Shown here in pieces: positions 11,343-22,865 of a stretch of 64,000 nt of DNA. The stretch is taken from positions 806,001 through 870,000 of the forward strand of contig SMSO01000005.1 in assembly GCA_004764695.1 (NCBI GenBank). The letters are read 5' to 3'. The first letter of the stretch is position 1. Each line of letters begins with the position of its first letter. The notes beneath the pieces were generated by a model that was not told the DNA's origin, made no database searches, and worked only from the letters and a program-made list of their open reading frames with translations. A program made the position numbers and the translations under genes. Source of the stretch: Schizochytrium sp. TIO01. Taxonomy: Eukaryota; Protista; Bigyra: Labyrinthulomycetes.

Positions 11343-14300
11343 CTACCCAATTGTCACAGCATTAAGCAGCGCATCATTGTTGTACATATCAAATACCTCC
11401 TGAAATGCTTCGAGTGCTTCTTTTGTCCGCCGCTGCTGTACAAGCATATGAGCTTTAAGAAGTCGAAGTGCAATTGCACTTGGGTCTAACTGAAGTGCAG
11501 CTTCGCAATCACGAAGACTCTTTGGAGCATTTCCCACCTGCCCATGAAGCGTAGCACGATTGAAGAGAAGGAAAAAGTGGTTCTTACGAGTGGCCTTGTT
11601 GAGGGCATTTTTAGATTTGATACTTTCAAGGCTCTCGAGGCTTTGAGCAGCTTCGTCATACATTTCCCTCATCGTAAGTGCGATTCCATGCACAATTCGC
11701 ACAGCCAAATGATGCGAAAACTGCGCTTGCCCTAAAATCTTGCCCGATAGAGTCTGAGCAAGCCCAGCCTCCCGATGTCGCAAAGAAGCTGCTGCAGATA
11801 GTAAAAATAGCTCCGCACATGGTAAGCTCATTCCATTCTGATCTAAAGATACATTTTGATCATTTTGATCAACCAAGTCTCTGTACACCTCACACGCAGC
11901 TTTCATGTGACCTCCTGCGTGCAAACTCACCGCACGAGCTAACCGCAGAACTGGCAGTTGCGATTCTGAGGCACACTGGAAAGCCTCTAGTACAATGTGA
12001 GCCTGCAGTGGTTGGTCAGACAGAAGAAAAGAATACGCTAGGCCGGAGACTGCGCTTTGAAGTAACATTGACTGACTCACGTTTGGTTTATCTGGCGTCG
12101 ATACGTGTGCTTGCATCTGAAGAGCAACTTTGAAACTTGCAGAAGCAGCATAAGGTTTATGAGCTAAAATGTCGCACAGACCCAGATTAATCTGTGCACT
12201 CACTTGATGAGCGGGGTCCATATACACCGCTTCTTTTAGGAAAGACTTGGCACGCTCAAGACGTGTAAGTTTGGATTTTTCAGCATCAACCTCCCCAGAG
12301 CGAGTGATTTCTCTCCACTTCATGCGAGAAAACTGTGATAGGCTAAGTTGACTCATGCCTACACATGCTGCGCCTTCGATCATTCGTAACACCGCCCGGT
12401 GTTTGGCTGAGTGTTGTTGAGGAGAATCAAGTAGCTGTGCTTGACCTTGAGACGCAACTCGCATTGCCCGTTGGAATTGCCGCAGCTCTAGACAGCAATG
12501 TGCAATGAGGATAATTACCAGCAGACTGCCTGTATGTGAACTGTACGCTATTTCAAGGTCTTGGAGTGCTTGATGTGGATTTTGTAATTGAAGTTCAGTA
12601 ATTGCTTTCCGAACCCTTGCAAACAAGAAGGCATTGTCGATTCGCAAAGCCTCTACATATGCAAAATTGGCACGTGATACATTTTCTACATTTTCGTACA
12701 ACACACCTAAATTGTACCATGCATTTAAGTGGTTCACATCAGCAGCCACTGCTTTGTTCATAGCTTCAAGTGCGTGGCCATAGTGTTTAATTGCAGCATA
12801 TGCGCTGCCGCGGCGTACATGAACCGAGGCATGGTCTCCAACTTGATCAATAACCTTGTCAAAAAATGTTATTGCAGTACGGGGATGGCCTACGACCATA
12901 TGCAGATCACCAAGGTGCAAAAGAGCTACTGCAGCTTCTGGACTTTTGTCTTGGCTTGCACTTGTCCATGATTTTGTTGCACTGGTGAATATACTGAGAC
13001 TAAAACTGGGATTTGCCTTAGATCCTGACCTCTCTTGGTTCATTGCGAGCTGAGCTTCGCAAGAACCTTTATAAAGCAGCAATTTGGAGCGAAGGGATCC
13101 GCTACCATTCATCCGGGGTTTTGGGAGCTTTGGTAAGGCATAACTATACCACTTTAACGCTTCATTTAAGTTTCCAACTTGGTGTAGACATTGACCAGCA
13201 GTGAAGGCCATCATGCCATCAAAAGGCCCAACGGCAGCCTCGGTATATGCCACGAGCTCAGTAATATATGATATATTTGAATGTAGTGGCTGCTTTTCGT
13301 GCTGCGCAATTTTACTCAATGCTTCGAAGCACAAACGAAGGGAATCCACGCTTGGACGTTTTCGATGTGCCTCGTCTAATGCCTCTAAAGTAGAACGTGG
13401 TACTACCTTAGCCACAACACTGAGTTTGTTCATCAGCAAATCCCTCTCTGCTTCATTTTTAGATAAGGTAGCGTTTGCATAAACGACGAGATCTTGGACT
13501 GCATCCTCGGTACGTTCGATTGAGGCACAACAGAACGCTCTAAGTAAGTAATACCGAGGATTTATCTCCGTGCAAGCATATATGACCTTGCTCAATTCTA
13601 CAAGTGCCTCCTTTGGCTTTTTAAACGCAATATATGCAAGAGCAGTCACAAGATGCTTTTTAGCATGCCAAGCGCCAACATCATCATGGATCTTCCGTAA
13701 AATACCAAGAGCCCCTTCACCATCACTCAAGTAATCTAAACGAAGTTCAGCATACCTAAGCATACTGTATACTCGTTCAGTCGGATCGAGAATGTCAAGA
13801 AAGTACGATCTACCGTTTAACTTTTGCAGATCACGGAGTGCCTCGTCGAGCTTCCCACAGGCGATGAAGAGGTTATGACGAACTCGAAGGATTAATGCGC
13901 ATCCAGATGTAGATAGAGGAGTATTACGGATTGTGACGTCTGTGAGTACCCGCTGAGCACGATCATATTGTCCTTTACATGCTAGAACCTCCGCTAGAAA
14001 GCAAGCAGCTATTATGTGCGATGGCTGTGCCTGAAGAACGGATCGTAGGTCCTCTTCACTTCGTACAAAATCACTTCGACACGCATATGCCCGTGCTCTT
14101 AGCAATCTAGCTGTTAACACTAATTGGTCATACGCGGTCCCGTCTGTATTAGTGTTCCGTTCTCGATTCGTTTCTCCTGCACGTAGTTTTCGACTTACCG
14201 AAAGCCGGCCCATCGACATTCGGTTTGCTCTCCTATTTGTTTTGGCAGGTGGCCTTTTGGGAGATGAAATTGAAGTACCCATCAAAGTTTGTCTGTGCCT

Positions 14301-16520
14301 TGATCGACTTTCGAATGAAGTGCCTGAATCAGACCCTTTTTGGTGCTCTAACGCACTGTTCAGAACTTGGGAAGAAACCTCGCAAGCTTTTGATAAATTG
14401 GTCCCTCTAATGAGCTCTGCAATAAGACAACGTAAAGGTTTGCTCTGTCTATTGCCGTATTTGTACGCTCGTGTAAGACTTTGAATTGACTCTTCAAGCC
14501 GCTCTGGGTCAAATGTTAAACTGTAATAATCAAGTTTTAGCCGAGCTTCAAGCTGCAAAGCATCTCGAAGTTGATGCGGAGGCCGGTCACCGACTTGACG
14601 CGCATCTTTCATGGCTTTTGTGTCAGTTAACAGTTCTTGCAAGCTAGTAGTGTCCTCCAAAGCCCAGTCCAAAATGTCCAGTATTTCTTTTTTCTTCCGG
14701 TTCCCTTGCAGTGCAAACGATCTTTTGGCTTCTGCTAACGCATAGAAAATGTGTGAGCGAAGACCTGGCGGAATGCTCTTGACAGAATTTAGTTCCAAGA
14801 GATCTTTAACGGCTTCTGCAAAGCGTGGCTTCAATAATTTAGTGCATGCATGCGCTCGTAGAAACTTTGCAGTCCACTCATGACGAGGATTTTGCTGATG
14901 TAAGGTGTAGCATTCCAATGCACGCGTACAATCTCTGTATACGTCAGTCCACAAACCCAAATGACTAAGCACCTGGGCACGTTTAATATATGCTTGAGGA
15001 AGCTCAGGTGATAACTTCGTTGCGATAACACAATGGCGCAATGCACTACGATAGTCTCGCGATGCAATAAGCATATTAGCATAACAAAGATGAAGTCGAG
15101 CATCATCAACTGTTGTTCTTTTCATAGACATAGTTTGGTTTGAGGATACAATGCCCACACGCTGAATCGTCCACATTAGCTCCTGCGATTCATTAGATTG
15201 CATTTGTTCTTGATCAAGTGCAGCTAGCTTGATAGCGCGCCGACGCTGGTAATTGGATTGACTGTCATCAATCGACTTGGTAGGATCGTCTTCAGGGAGT
15301 TCCAAAGAAGGGATCACAATCTCTTCTCTGGATACAACTCGAGATGGAAAGTATTCAGACGATTGGCGGGACAGTTGTCTAGAAATCTGCCGTTCTACTC
15401 GATAGGAGCTGTTTTTTCTCTGTAAGCTGGCGTTTGATACACTACCCATAACATTATCGTACGAAAAAGGTACCTCTAAGTGTTGGGTATTAAAAATAGT
15501 TTGTTTCCCGCTGACATTAGTAGCTGACGGTCCGTCTTCTTCTGTTGCTACCAAGGAGGTGAGAATTTGTGCATTGAAGCTACAAGGGTCTGCTAGCATA
15601 GAACTTCCCTGAGGTGTGTTTGGCTTTGTACCAATGGTCATACTGCTATCTTGAATCTTATTGAGTTGCGAAGACATCAGCTCTTTAGTCTCTTCTTCTC
15701 CTTTCGCTCTATTTCCAGGGTTCTGGTTAGTGTTATTTGTATCTCCCGCATCGTGGTGTTGCCTTGGGGCACTTTCAGGAGCAGGAACTGTAGCTGAAGC
15801 CGAACTTGATGCTGAGCCACGGCGGCCAGCTGAAGATGCATAACTGCTTATTGAACTTCTCCTTTCCTTATAGAGGCCATCTCTAGCCTCTGGTTTGGCG
15901 TGAAATGATTCAAAGCCCAAAAACTTGCCGGATTCCTTAATTCGCGCCTCCAGACGTTGTTCCTCTTGTAGTTGAGCCAACATTTTCTCCTTCTCTCGCT
16001 TAGCTTGAAGTGAAGAGCGCCGCGCTGGCAAACGGGGTTCTTCTTCCGAATCTACGTTTTCATCATCGTGAAGAGTATCCTGCGGACCATTTTTCACCAA
16101 GAGCCAATTGTGATCTCCCTCATGCTCGCTCTGTTTGCCTGAACTAGAAATTGTCTTAAGTGGGTCCATCTTCATACTTTTTCGATGGCTATTTTGCATT
16201 TTGAAGGATGCCTCTGCATGAGCGTAGCCAGTACGCGATCGTGATGACAAAAGTTTATTGTCATCAGCGTCAGCAAACCTATGTCTAATGAAGGTGTCTG
16301 GTCTTCGAGGACGTAAGCTTGGAGGTAATGAACCCATTTCTTGACGCCTTCGAATTGAAAATGACATCGTGATAGAGCTACGCTGCTCTCCTGAATTTGT
16401 TACATCGACTCCACTTGACCTGCGGGTGCTAGTATTGTTTTGAGCGCTGGAGGCTTCTTGAGCCATTCTGACGGCTGCCCCATCTTTAGGAGAGCGCGGG
16501 TGGAGCTCGGAGTCTGCCAT
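11343..16520 (-). CDS. Large tetratricopeptide-repeat protein (1725 aa) with disordered N-terminus
   Basis: Intact 5.2 kb ORF with many TPR-like helical repeats (AYIKRAQVLSHLG, AWYNLGVLYENV, LLFNRATLHGQVGNAPKSLRDCEAALQLDP). Confidence 0.88.
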   Translation of the reverse strand: MADSELHPRSPKDGAAVRMAQEASSAQNNTSTRRSSGVDVTNSGEQRSSITMSFSIRRRQEMGSLPPSLRPRRPDTFIRHRFADADDNKLLSSRSRTGYAHAEASFKMQNSHRKSMKMDPLKTISSSGKQSEHEGDHNWLLVKNGPQDTLHDDENVDSEEEPRLPARRSSLQAKREKEKMLAQLQEEQRLEARIKESGKFLGFESFHAKPEARDGLYKERRSSISSYASSAGRRGSASSSASATVPAPESAPRQHHDAGDTNNTNQNPGNRAKGEEETKELMSSQLNKIQDSSMTIGTKPNTPQGSSMLADPCSFNAQILTSLVATEEDGPSATNVSGKQTIFNTQHLEVPFSYDNVMGSVSNASLQRKNSSYRVERQISRQLSRQSSEYFPSRVVSREEIVIPSLELPEDDPTKSIDDSQSNYQRRRAIKLAALDQEQMQSNESQELMWTIQRVGIVSSNQTMSMKRTTVDDARLHLCYANMLIASRDYRSALRHCVIATKLSPELPQAYIKRAQVLSHLGLWTDVYRDCTRALECYTLHQQNPRHEWTAKFLRAHACTKLLKPRFAEAVKDLLELNSVKSIPPGLRSHIFYALAEAKRSFALQGNRKKKEILDILDWALEDTTSLQELLTDTKAMKDARQVGDRPPHQLRDALQLEARLKLDYYSLTFDPERLEESIQSLTRAYKYGNRQSKPLRCLIAELIRGTNLSKACEVSSQVLNSALEHQKGSDSGTSFESRSRHRQTLMGTSISSPKRPPAKTNRRANRMSMGRLSVSRKLRAGETNRERNTNTDGTAYDQLVLTARLLRARAYACRSDFVRSEEDLRSVLQAQPSHIIAACFLAEVLACKGQYDRAQRVLTDVTIRNTPLSTSGCALILRVRHNLFIACGKLDEALRDLQKLNGRSYFLDILDPTERVYSMLRYAELRLDYLSDGEGALGILRKIHDDVGAWHAKKHLVTALAYIAFKKPKEALVELSKVIYACTEINPRYYLLRAFCCASIERTEDAVQDLVVYANATLSKNEAERDLLMNKLSVVAKVVPRSTLEALDEAHRKRPSVDSLRLCFEALSKIAQHEKQPLHSNISYITELVAYTEAAVGPFDGMMAFTAGQCLHQVGNLNEALKWYSYALPKLPKPRMNGSGSLRSKLLLYKGSCEAQLAMNQERSGSKANPSFSLSIFTSATKSWTSASQDKSPEAAVALLHLGDLHMVVGHPRTAITFFDKVIDQVGDHASVHVRRGSAYAAIKHYGHALEAMNKAVAADVNHLNAWYNLGVLYENVENVSRANFAYVEALRIDNAFLFARVRKAITELQLQNPHQALQDLEIAYSSHTGSLLVIILIAHCCLELRQFQRAMRVASQGQAQLLDSPQQHSAKHRAVLRMIEGAACVGMSQLSLSQFSRMKWREITRSGEVDAEKSKLTRLERAKSFLKEAVYMDPAHQVSAQINLGLCDILAHKPYAASASFKVALQMQAHVSTPDKPNVSQSMLLQSAVSGLAYSFLLSDQPLQAHIVLEAFQCASESQLPVLRLARAVSLHAGGHMKAACEVYRDLVDQNDQNVSLDQNGMSLPCAELFLLSAAASLRHREAGLAQTLSGKILGQAQFSHHLAVRIVHGIALTMREMYDEAAQSLESLESIKSKNALNKATRKNHFFLLFNRATLHGQVGNAPKSLRDCEAALQLDPSAIALRLLKAHMLVQQRRTKEALEAFQEVFDMYNNDALLNAVTIG

Positions 16521-17275
16521 ACATACAGCTCGGCTTTGCTTTTCAGTACAACAATGCCTTTATACCCGTGAGCATGGCAATATCCTCTATGCCGACTTTC
16601 TGTATGCTATAAAACGGGGGGGAAGAATAGTGGCAAGCCAGAGAATGTTCTCTCTCCAAACTTTGGACAAATCGATGATATTTCTTCAAGGCGAGAGTAT
16701 GTCTTTTGCAGTCGATTGTTTAGATCCCGCTCTAGCTGTCTGGTCGGGGAGGCGTGCTCAAAGTGCTTCTGTTCCATTCTTATCTATTGTAGCTACATAC
16801 AATCAGGTACTATTACAACTAAGGAGAGATCCGTTCAAGCCTGACAACAAAAACGTGGCAAAATATATGGTAAGAAGAAAAAAACATTAAGAAATTAATG
16901 GTCATTTATCACACAGATCAAAGCAACTAAATTTTAATTAAGCTGTCAAACGTTTATTTTATTTCCATTTCATTTTTGTGAAGTAAAATTGAAGAAAGAT
17001 CTACTGATATAGAAGTTTTTTCCCTTTGCCATGATTTCTCAGGTTATAATACCTTCTGTATAAGAATTGTGAGAATATTGTGTCAGGGGTTTCTAATAAT
17101 CCTTCAAGTTTGATTAAAAAGGAATAAAAAATAAAATAAATTTAATTTTTATTTTATATTTTTAAAAATAAGCTTTTTCATGATGATGACCGATTCTGAC
17201 TCGATGTGAAATCCTTTGCATTGTGAGCAGACCAGTAATGCCATTGCGATCATAATCGGTTCCAGAGAGCTCAGA

Positions 17276-20200
17276 ATGTTGAGAGGCTTTATAAGGCTGC
17301 TTGCTGCCTTCTTTCTCGTCACACTAGTCTCAACCACAGCACTTGAACAGGACAAGCTCTCTGAGAAGCGCCATGAGCTGGTACAGAAGGTGCCACTTGA
17401 AGTCAAGGTTCCTGGGCGAGCAGGCAGCCGAGGCGGTGCACAGAAACTAGAATTTATGGTGCCTACGAAACCGCAAAGTGGCCTAGATCAGGTATCTTCT
17501 GCTACCAAAGTTCACGACCTAGCCTTGCAAGCATGGGATGCTGTGATTGATGGCAACGATGTGGGCCTCCAAGATCCTAAAGTTGAAGCCCAAAATCAGC
17601 TACGATCTGTTCCACTATCACCAGACGAGGCATGGCATCATTGGCGAGCTGCACAAGACGGTGTTGTAGATAGCGGTAGGTTTCTGATCACCTTTGGTGT
17701 AGCAGTTTCAGTGCAGTCTGGAGGTTCGGAGTTGCACATTGCTGCAGCCATGGGAGAGACAGATCGGTGCAGACAGTTGTTGGATGACCCAGAGCGTCCA
17801 GATCTTGAAGTAGACATGCGCAAGGAGATTGATGGAACAACTCCTCTGTATAGCGCAATTGCGACTGGTCAACTAGACACCGTTAAATACCTTTTACAAG
17901 AAGCAGGAGCGAATCCAGAGCTACATGGCAACAATGGCGTGCGGCCTCTGATGCTTGCCGCTGCCTTAGGACACCTCGAGATAGCAAAAGAGATTATTCG
18001 AGCTGGCGCAGACGCGAATGTCCAGCATGCATTTGGAGGTACAACGGCGTTACATTTTGCTTCCGAAATGGGTCACGCAAATATTATTCACTTCCTTTGC
18101 AAAGAAGCAGGAGCTGATGCTGGCCTCAGAAAAACAACAGGTGGCACCGCTTTGCACACCGCTGCAGACACAAACCAAACAGAAGCAGTACGTGCTCTTG
18201 TAAACAGCTGTCAAGTAGATGTGCATGCACTTCTTGCTGGAGATACAACAGCACTTTATCTAGCTGCACAACGGGGGCTTACAAATGTTGTGGAAACTCT
18301 CATCAGCGAGCTAGGTGCAAATCCTAATTATGAAATGCCACGTGGGCAGAACGTGGGGTCGCACTTGGCTGTGGTAGATGATAGCGATGAAGAAGCTTCT
18401 GAGAGAAGACGTCAGGCACAATATTATGATATGCGGAACACTGAAATTGGAAATGGTGCCACGGCTTTACACGCTGCGGCTGAAAATGGTCATCGGGATA
18501 CGGTCCGTGCCCTACTAAAACTTGGGGCACTTCAATCAGCTTCCATGATGGGCGCTACACCACTCGTTATTGCCTTGCAATATCACCACCCTGATATTGC
18601 TCTTGATCTTCTAGAAGCTGGTTCGGATCCACTTCTTCATGCACGAGTACCTCGTGATGGATCCTGGAGCCTTTTAGTAGCTGCTGATCTTGCAGACAAG
18701 TCTGATGAGAATAAACTTGTACTTGATCGCCTAGTTCATTGGCCTGGAATCAACTTGAACCTTGATAATGGGCGAGGCATTACACCCTTAAGTCAAGCTA
18801 TATTCCGTCAGAATGGAGAAGCAACTGTGAAGCTTCTGAAAGCTGGCGCAAAAGTTTTCTCGTCGACCCCTTCTTCGATGCATGTTGCTTGTCAAGTTGG
18901 GTTTAGGGACAAGGAAGCCTTGGATCTTCTCGTGGATACTGCGATGGCAGAACTCCCGATACAGGAGTGGTCCGCTGGACAAGATGCGCATCCATTCCAT
19001 GCTGCAGCTGCGCATGGTCATTCTGACCTTTTAGAAAATATGCTAAAGATTGCAGGTCCATCACTCATTAACTTGAGAGTACCATCCTCTGGTGCGACAC
19101 CCCTTATGATGGCCTGCCAGGGGGGGAACATTGAGACCGTGAAGCTGCTTATGAAATATGGTGCCAACGTGAATATGAAAGCTGCGAACTCTATGCATGG
19201 CGCAACTGCATTGTACTTGGCTACTGCAAGTGGACATGCTCATGTTGTTAAACTACTTATTACAGAAGGTAAGTTAAGGACATTATTCCTTTGAAAGCAA
19301 GAGAACCAAACACACAATTCTCAACAATTCTGATTTTCTTTATAAAATGCGTGTTGTACATTACTTTAATAGTCACGAGCAAGGTGAATGATATTATCAT
19401 ACATGACCAAAAACGTCATTAGACTATAACAAATGGAGTTCAGACTAACAAAGTTGCTTTATGTGAAATTGAGAAACCACAGGTGGCGCTGATGCGACCC
19501 AAGTCCTCGACAACTATGGTACGAGCCCTTTACATGTCGCCTTGGAGAAAAAAAATAGCGCGGTGGTTGATGTATTAATACGCAATTGCCCAAATATGGA
19601 TCTGAACCTTCGTAATGAGGCAGGGCTTCCACCATTAGCCCTGGCAATTCTTTCTGATGATGCAAGACTCGTCAGTAAAATGATTGAGGCTGGTGCTAAC
19701 CTGTCTATGACAGCTCCCGTCAGAGATATGCCCGAGGCATCTATGATTCAGTTTGCACTGCACCAAGGCCGCAATGTGGGTTCGCGCGTGATTGAGGCAC
19801 TGCTAAAGCACCCTCCTGCCGCCGGGAAAAGCCCACTCGAATCCTACGAACTGTGTATCATGGAAATTCTTCGAATTCAAACTAGCCCACGACGCCATAG
19901 GCCAATTTCTGAAGCTGAGAAGATTCTGCGCATTCTACTGTATTCGGGTCCTGATGATATGAAAATTCCGGAGTATGCTTTCTATATCTTAGCGAATATT
20001 TATGAGGAAAACCCATCAAAATCCGATCTGCACGGGGATAAACTGGCACGCGCCATTATTGAATCAAAGACATGGCAAGGACTTACAGCAGCAGAGCGAG
20101 CTGTATACTTGTCATATACCACAGAGCTTTCAGGTTTTGTATCACCATTGCAGGTTGCCGTTAAAAACACTCGAGCAAAGCTCGTGTCCCGTCTTCTAGA

Positions 20201-20372
20201 GGCAGCTCCAACTCCTGAATTTGCTAATCAGATGCTGTATCGCGATGTTTCTCCAAATAAAATAGGGTCAGCAATTATCATGGCTCAAAGTAATCGTGAC
20301 TTTCGCATGATCAAAATTATGCAAAAATTTGATCTTGGCAACCCTTATTCGTCTGCCCGTGAAGAACTATAG
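17276..20372 (+). CDS. Ankyrin-repeat protein with signal peptide and C-terminal REEL (2 exons)
   Basis: Exon 1 17276-19268, intron 19269-19482 (GTAAGT, branch ACTAAC at 19444, CACAG), exon 2 19483-20372. The join restores an ankyrin repeat (LLITEGGADATQVLDNYGTSPLHVA). Many GxTPLH/TALH repeats. Confidence 0.9.
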
Positions 20373-21021
20373 TCTTGCCTTATTTACCTGACGATTCGGT
20401 ATTTTGGTTTTTGCTGTATGTCATTGGCCCAGACAAAGACAGATCGCTTGTTTTGAATCATTTTTGTTTAAATAAGAAGATAGGTATTGCACAAACCGTA
20501 TTAGAGATGCAAGCAGATCTTTGAACTCTCGGGAGCTTGAGATATTGCGTGATGTTCTCTGTTTGTCAGCGCGTACATTATCTGGGGAAATTGTTTGTAT
20601 TCACCTAAACACCGATGATTTCTCTGACTATAAAACTATAGATATAGAGGGCTTTGAAACACAAGAGACTAACCAACTTTAGATTCTTCATAACCTTAAA
20701 CACACAATTTTTATGAAATCTATGTTTTGATAGCGTACCATATACACAAGGATGGGAAAGCTCTTCTTCATCCGGAAATTATTGAGGATTTTAACATTTT
20801 AATTTTGAAGGACATAGGGTCATCGGTGACCAACTACCATTTACTTATTCTATTCTAAGTAACTCCTATGGGTAACTACAGTAATTGGTCGTTAGAGTGA
20901 ATAGTGCTTAAATGATAGGAGCCTATTTGAAACACGCAACAGCCTGTTGTGTCTATGTTCGGAAATCAAATCGAAAACTCTGCATCAACATACACCCTTT
21001 ACGTTGAGCACAGGAAAAGCA

Positions 21022-22836
21022 ATGATCTCTCCCGCGGCATCATCAGAGGTGACAGACTCAAAAGCTTCGACTCCACTACCAGAACCACTTTCTTCGCTGG
21101 GTGATGATGCTCAAGTCGTCTCAAAGTACTCGTTGCTCTCATCTTCAAGCCAAGAAAATCAAATTAAAGGCGAAGCGTTTGTAAGCTCAAGTGGAGACGA
21201 AGATTCATTCGGAGATGTGTCTTCATTCCCTGCGATTCCTGCAATGCCCGATTTGCCTTCGCTTGACGACGCACTCGCAATCGCTGACATGGAGCAGGAA
21301 AAGGGTCTTATCGTGAGGAAAAACATCAGCGATATGACAAGGATGCCCAGCACTAGCGAGGGCAGCAACAAACACAGCAACAATATCAAAAGCAAAAGCA
21401 GCACATCTAAACGCAAGGCTGAAGTTCCTGTGCCTGTAGACCCAGCTCATATTCCTGAAGGGCGATACATTGTCAAACATACTTCTCACAAAGTAAAATG
21501 TAAAAGACTTCGTCTAAGTGAGGCATTGAATCAAGGTTCAATGGAAGGGTGGAGTGATGCTAGAAAAAAAGCATTTCAAAGGCGGGAGGAGAATCCTAAT
21601 GCATATTACTATCGTTTTAACGACCCTGGGGAAGAGCAACGAAACGGGGCGTGGACATCTGCTGAGAAGACAGCTTTCCTTAGACGCGTCAAAGAGCATG
21701 AAGTGGACTATAAATGGGGAATTTTTGCCATGGGAATCCCCGGGCGAGTAGGATATCAATGCTCAAACTACTACCGCAAGCTTGTGGAAAATCGAGAAAT
21801 TGAGGACAAGAATTACGTGTTTGATGAAAAGGGTAAAGCCCATTTCCTCCAGGAAAAAAAGCCTCCTAAAGAGCCCAAACCACCAAAGGAAAAGAAACCC
21901 AAGGAACCAAAGCCACCAAAAGAAAAGAAACCCCCTAAAGAGAAAAAACCCAAGGAACCAAAGCCTCCTAAGGAAAAGAAACCTCCGAAAGAAAAGAAAC
22001 CCAAGGAGCTTAAAGCAAAGAAGGAGAAAAAGCCCAAAATAATAAGTAAGGGACGTGTGGTGAAGGCAACTGGCAAGAAAGGAACTTTCGGGCAAGATAC
22101 TTACCAAATGCTCAAATGGGCTAAAGCAACTCTTAAACCAGGTGATTTTGTTCTTGTTCGAAATGCCGAAAATCCTGAGGAAGAGCCATCTGTTGTTGAG
22201 ATTCGTGAGCTTTTTCAGTCAGAAGATGTGGCTAGCCTTATGGGCCGTCGATATGTTTCGCCCAACGTTTTGAGGACTCTTCCGGGCGCCGAGCCTGCAG
22301 CTGCCCTACACGACCTAACCACATCGCCGAGGGAGCTTATTGAGACCTCAGCGGCCTCCCTTATCGCCAAAGCAGAAAGCATTCTGAAGGTCTGCCATGT
22401 TGCTTATGTGCGAAAAATTCCAACTCCAGAGATTCCAACGTCTAGAGATCTATACCCCAAAATGCACTCTGCTGCAGAACTTGATGCTGTGTATTACTCA
22501 CGGCATTACTATGATATCGAAGCAGAGATTATGGTTAAACGCGTCAGTCCAACAGGCAATATACTGAATCGCACTGCACTAGGAAAATTGGTTAACGCTG
22601 AGAAGCGCACCAAAAAGCAAGAAGAATTGCGGAAACAACAGGAAAAGGAAGAGCTAGCTGCCGCAAAGGCAGCCCAGCTAGCTGAGGAGGCCAAGCAAGA
22701 GAAAGAATGCGAAGAGGAAGAGGAAGAGGAAGAGGAAGAAGAGGAGGTAGACGAGCACGAGGCCTCGGAGTATGAACGTGCACGCCGTGCACGTCTTCTT
22801 GAAAATCGTGAAATGCTCGAAAATCTTTTTGATTAA
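21022..22836 (+). CDS. Chromatin-associated protein: Myb/SANT-like domain, KEKKP repeat, BAH-like domain, acidic tail
   Basis: NPNAYYYRFNDPGEEQRNGAWT...WGIFAMGIPGRVGYQCSNYYRKL is Myb-like. LKPGDFVLVRN...VEIRELF...RELIET...ESILKVCHV...HYYD is BAH-like. First ATG is 21022. Confidence 0.8.
   Translation: MISPAASSEVTDSKASTPLPEPLSSLGDDAQVVSKYSLLSSSSQENQIKGEAFVSSSGDEDSFGDVSSFPAIPAMPDLPSLDDALAIADMEQEKGLIVRKNISDMTRMPSTSEGSNKHSNNIKSKSSTSKRKAEVPVPVDPAHIPEGRYIVKHTSHKVKCKRLRLSEALNQGSMEGWSDARKKAFQRREENPNAYYYRFNDPGEEQRNGAWTSAEKTAFLRRVKEHEVDYKWGIFAMGIPGRVGYQCSNYYRKLVENREIEDKNYVFDEKGKAHFLQEKKPPKEPKPPKEKKPKEPKPPKEKKPPKEKKPKEPKPPKEKKPPKEKKPKELKAKKEKKPKIISKGRVVKATGKKGTFGQDTYQMLKWAKATLKPGDFVLVRNAENPEEEPSVVEIRELFQSEDVASLMGRRYVSPNVLRTLPGAEPAAALHDLTTSPRELIETSAASLIAKAESILKVCHVAYVRKIPTPEIPTSRDLYPKMHSAAELDAVYYSRHYYDIEAEIMVKRVSPTGNILNRTALGKLVNAEKRTKKQEELRKQQEKEELAAAKAAQLAEEAKQEKECEEEEEEEEEEEEVDEHEASEYERARRARLLENREMLENLFD
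21853..22038 (+). repeat. Coding tandem repeat (KEPKPP/KEKKP units)
   Basis: KKPPKEPKPPKEKKPKEPKPPKEKKPPKEKKPKEPKPPKEKKPPKEKKPK; copies differ at synonymous positions. Confidence 0.85.
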
Positions 22837-22865
22837 TTGTCTACTCATTGCTTATCTCAAAGAAC

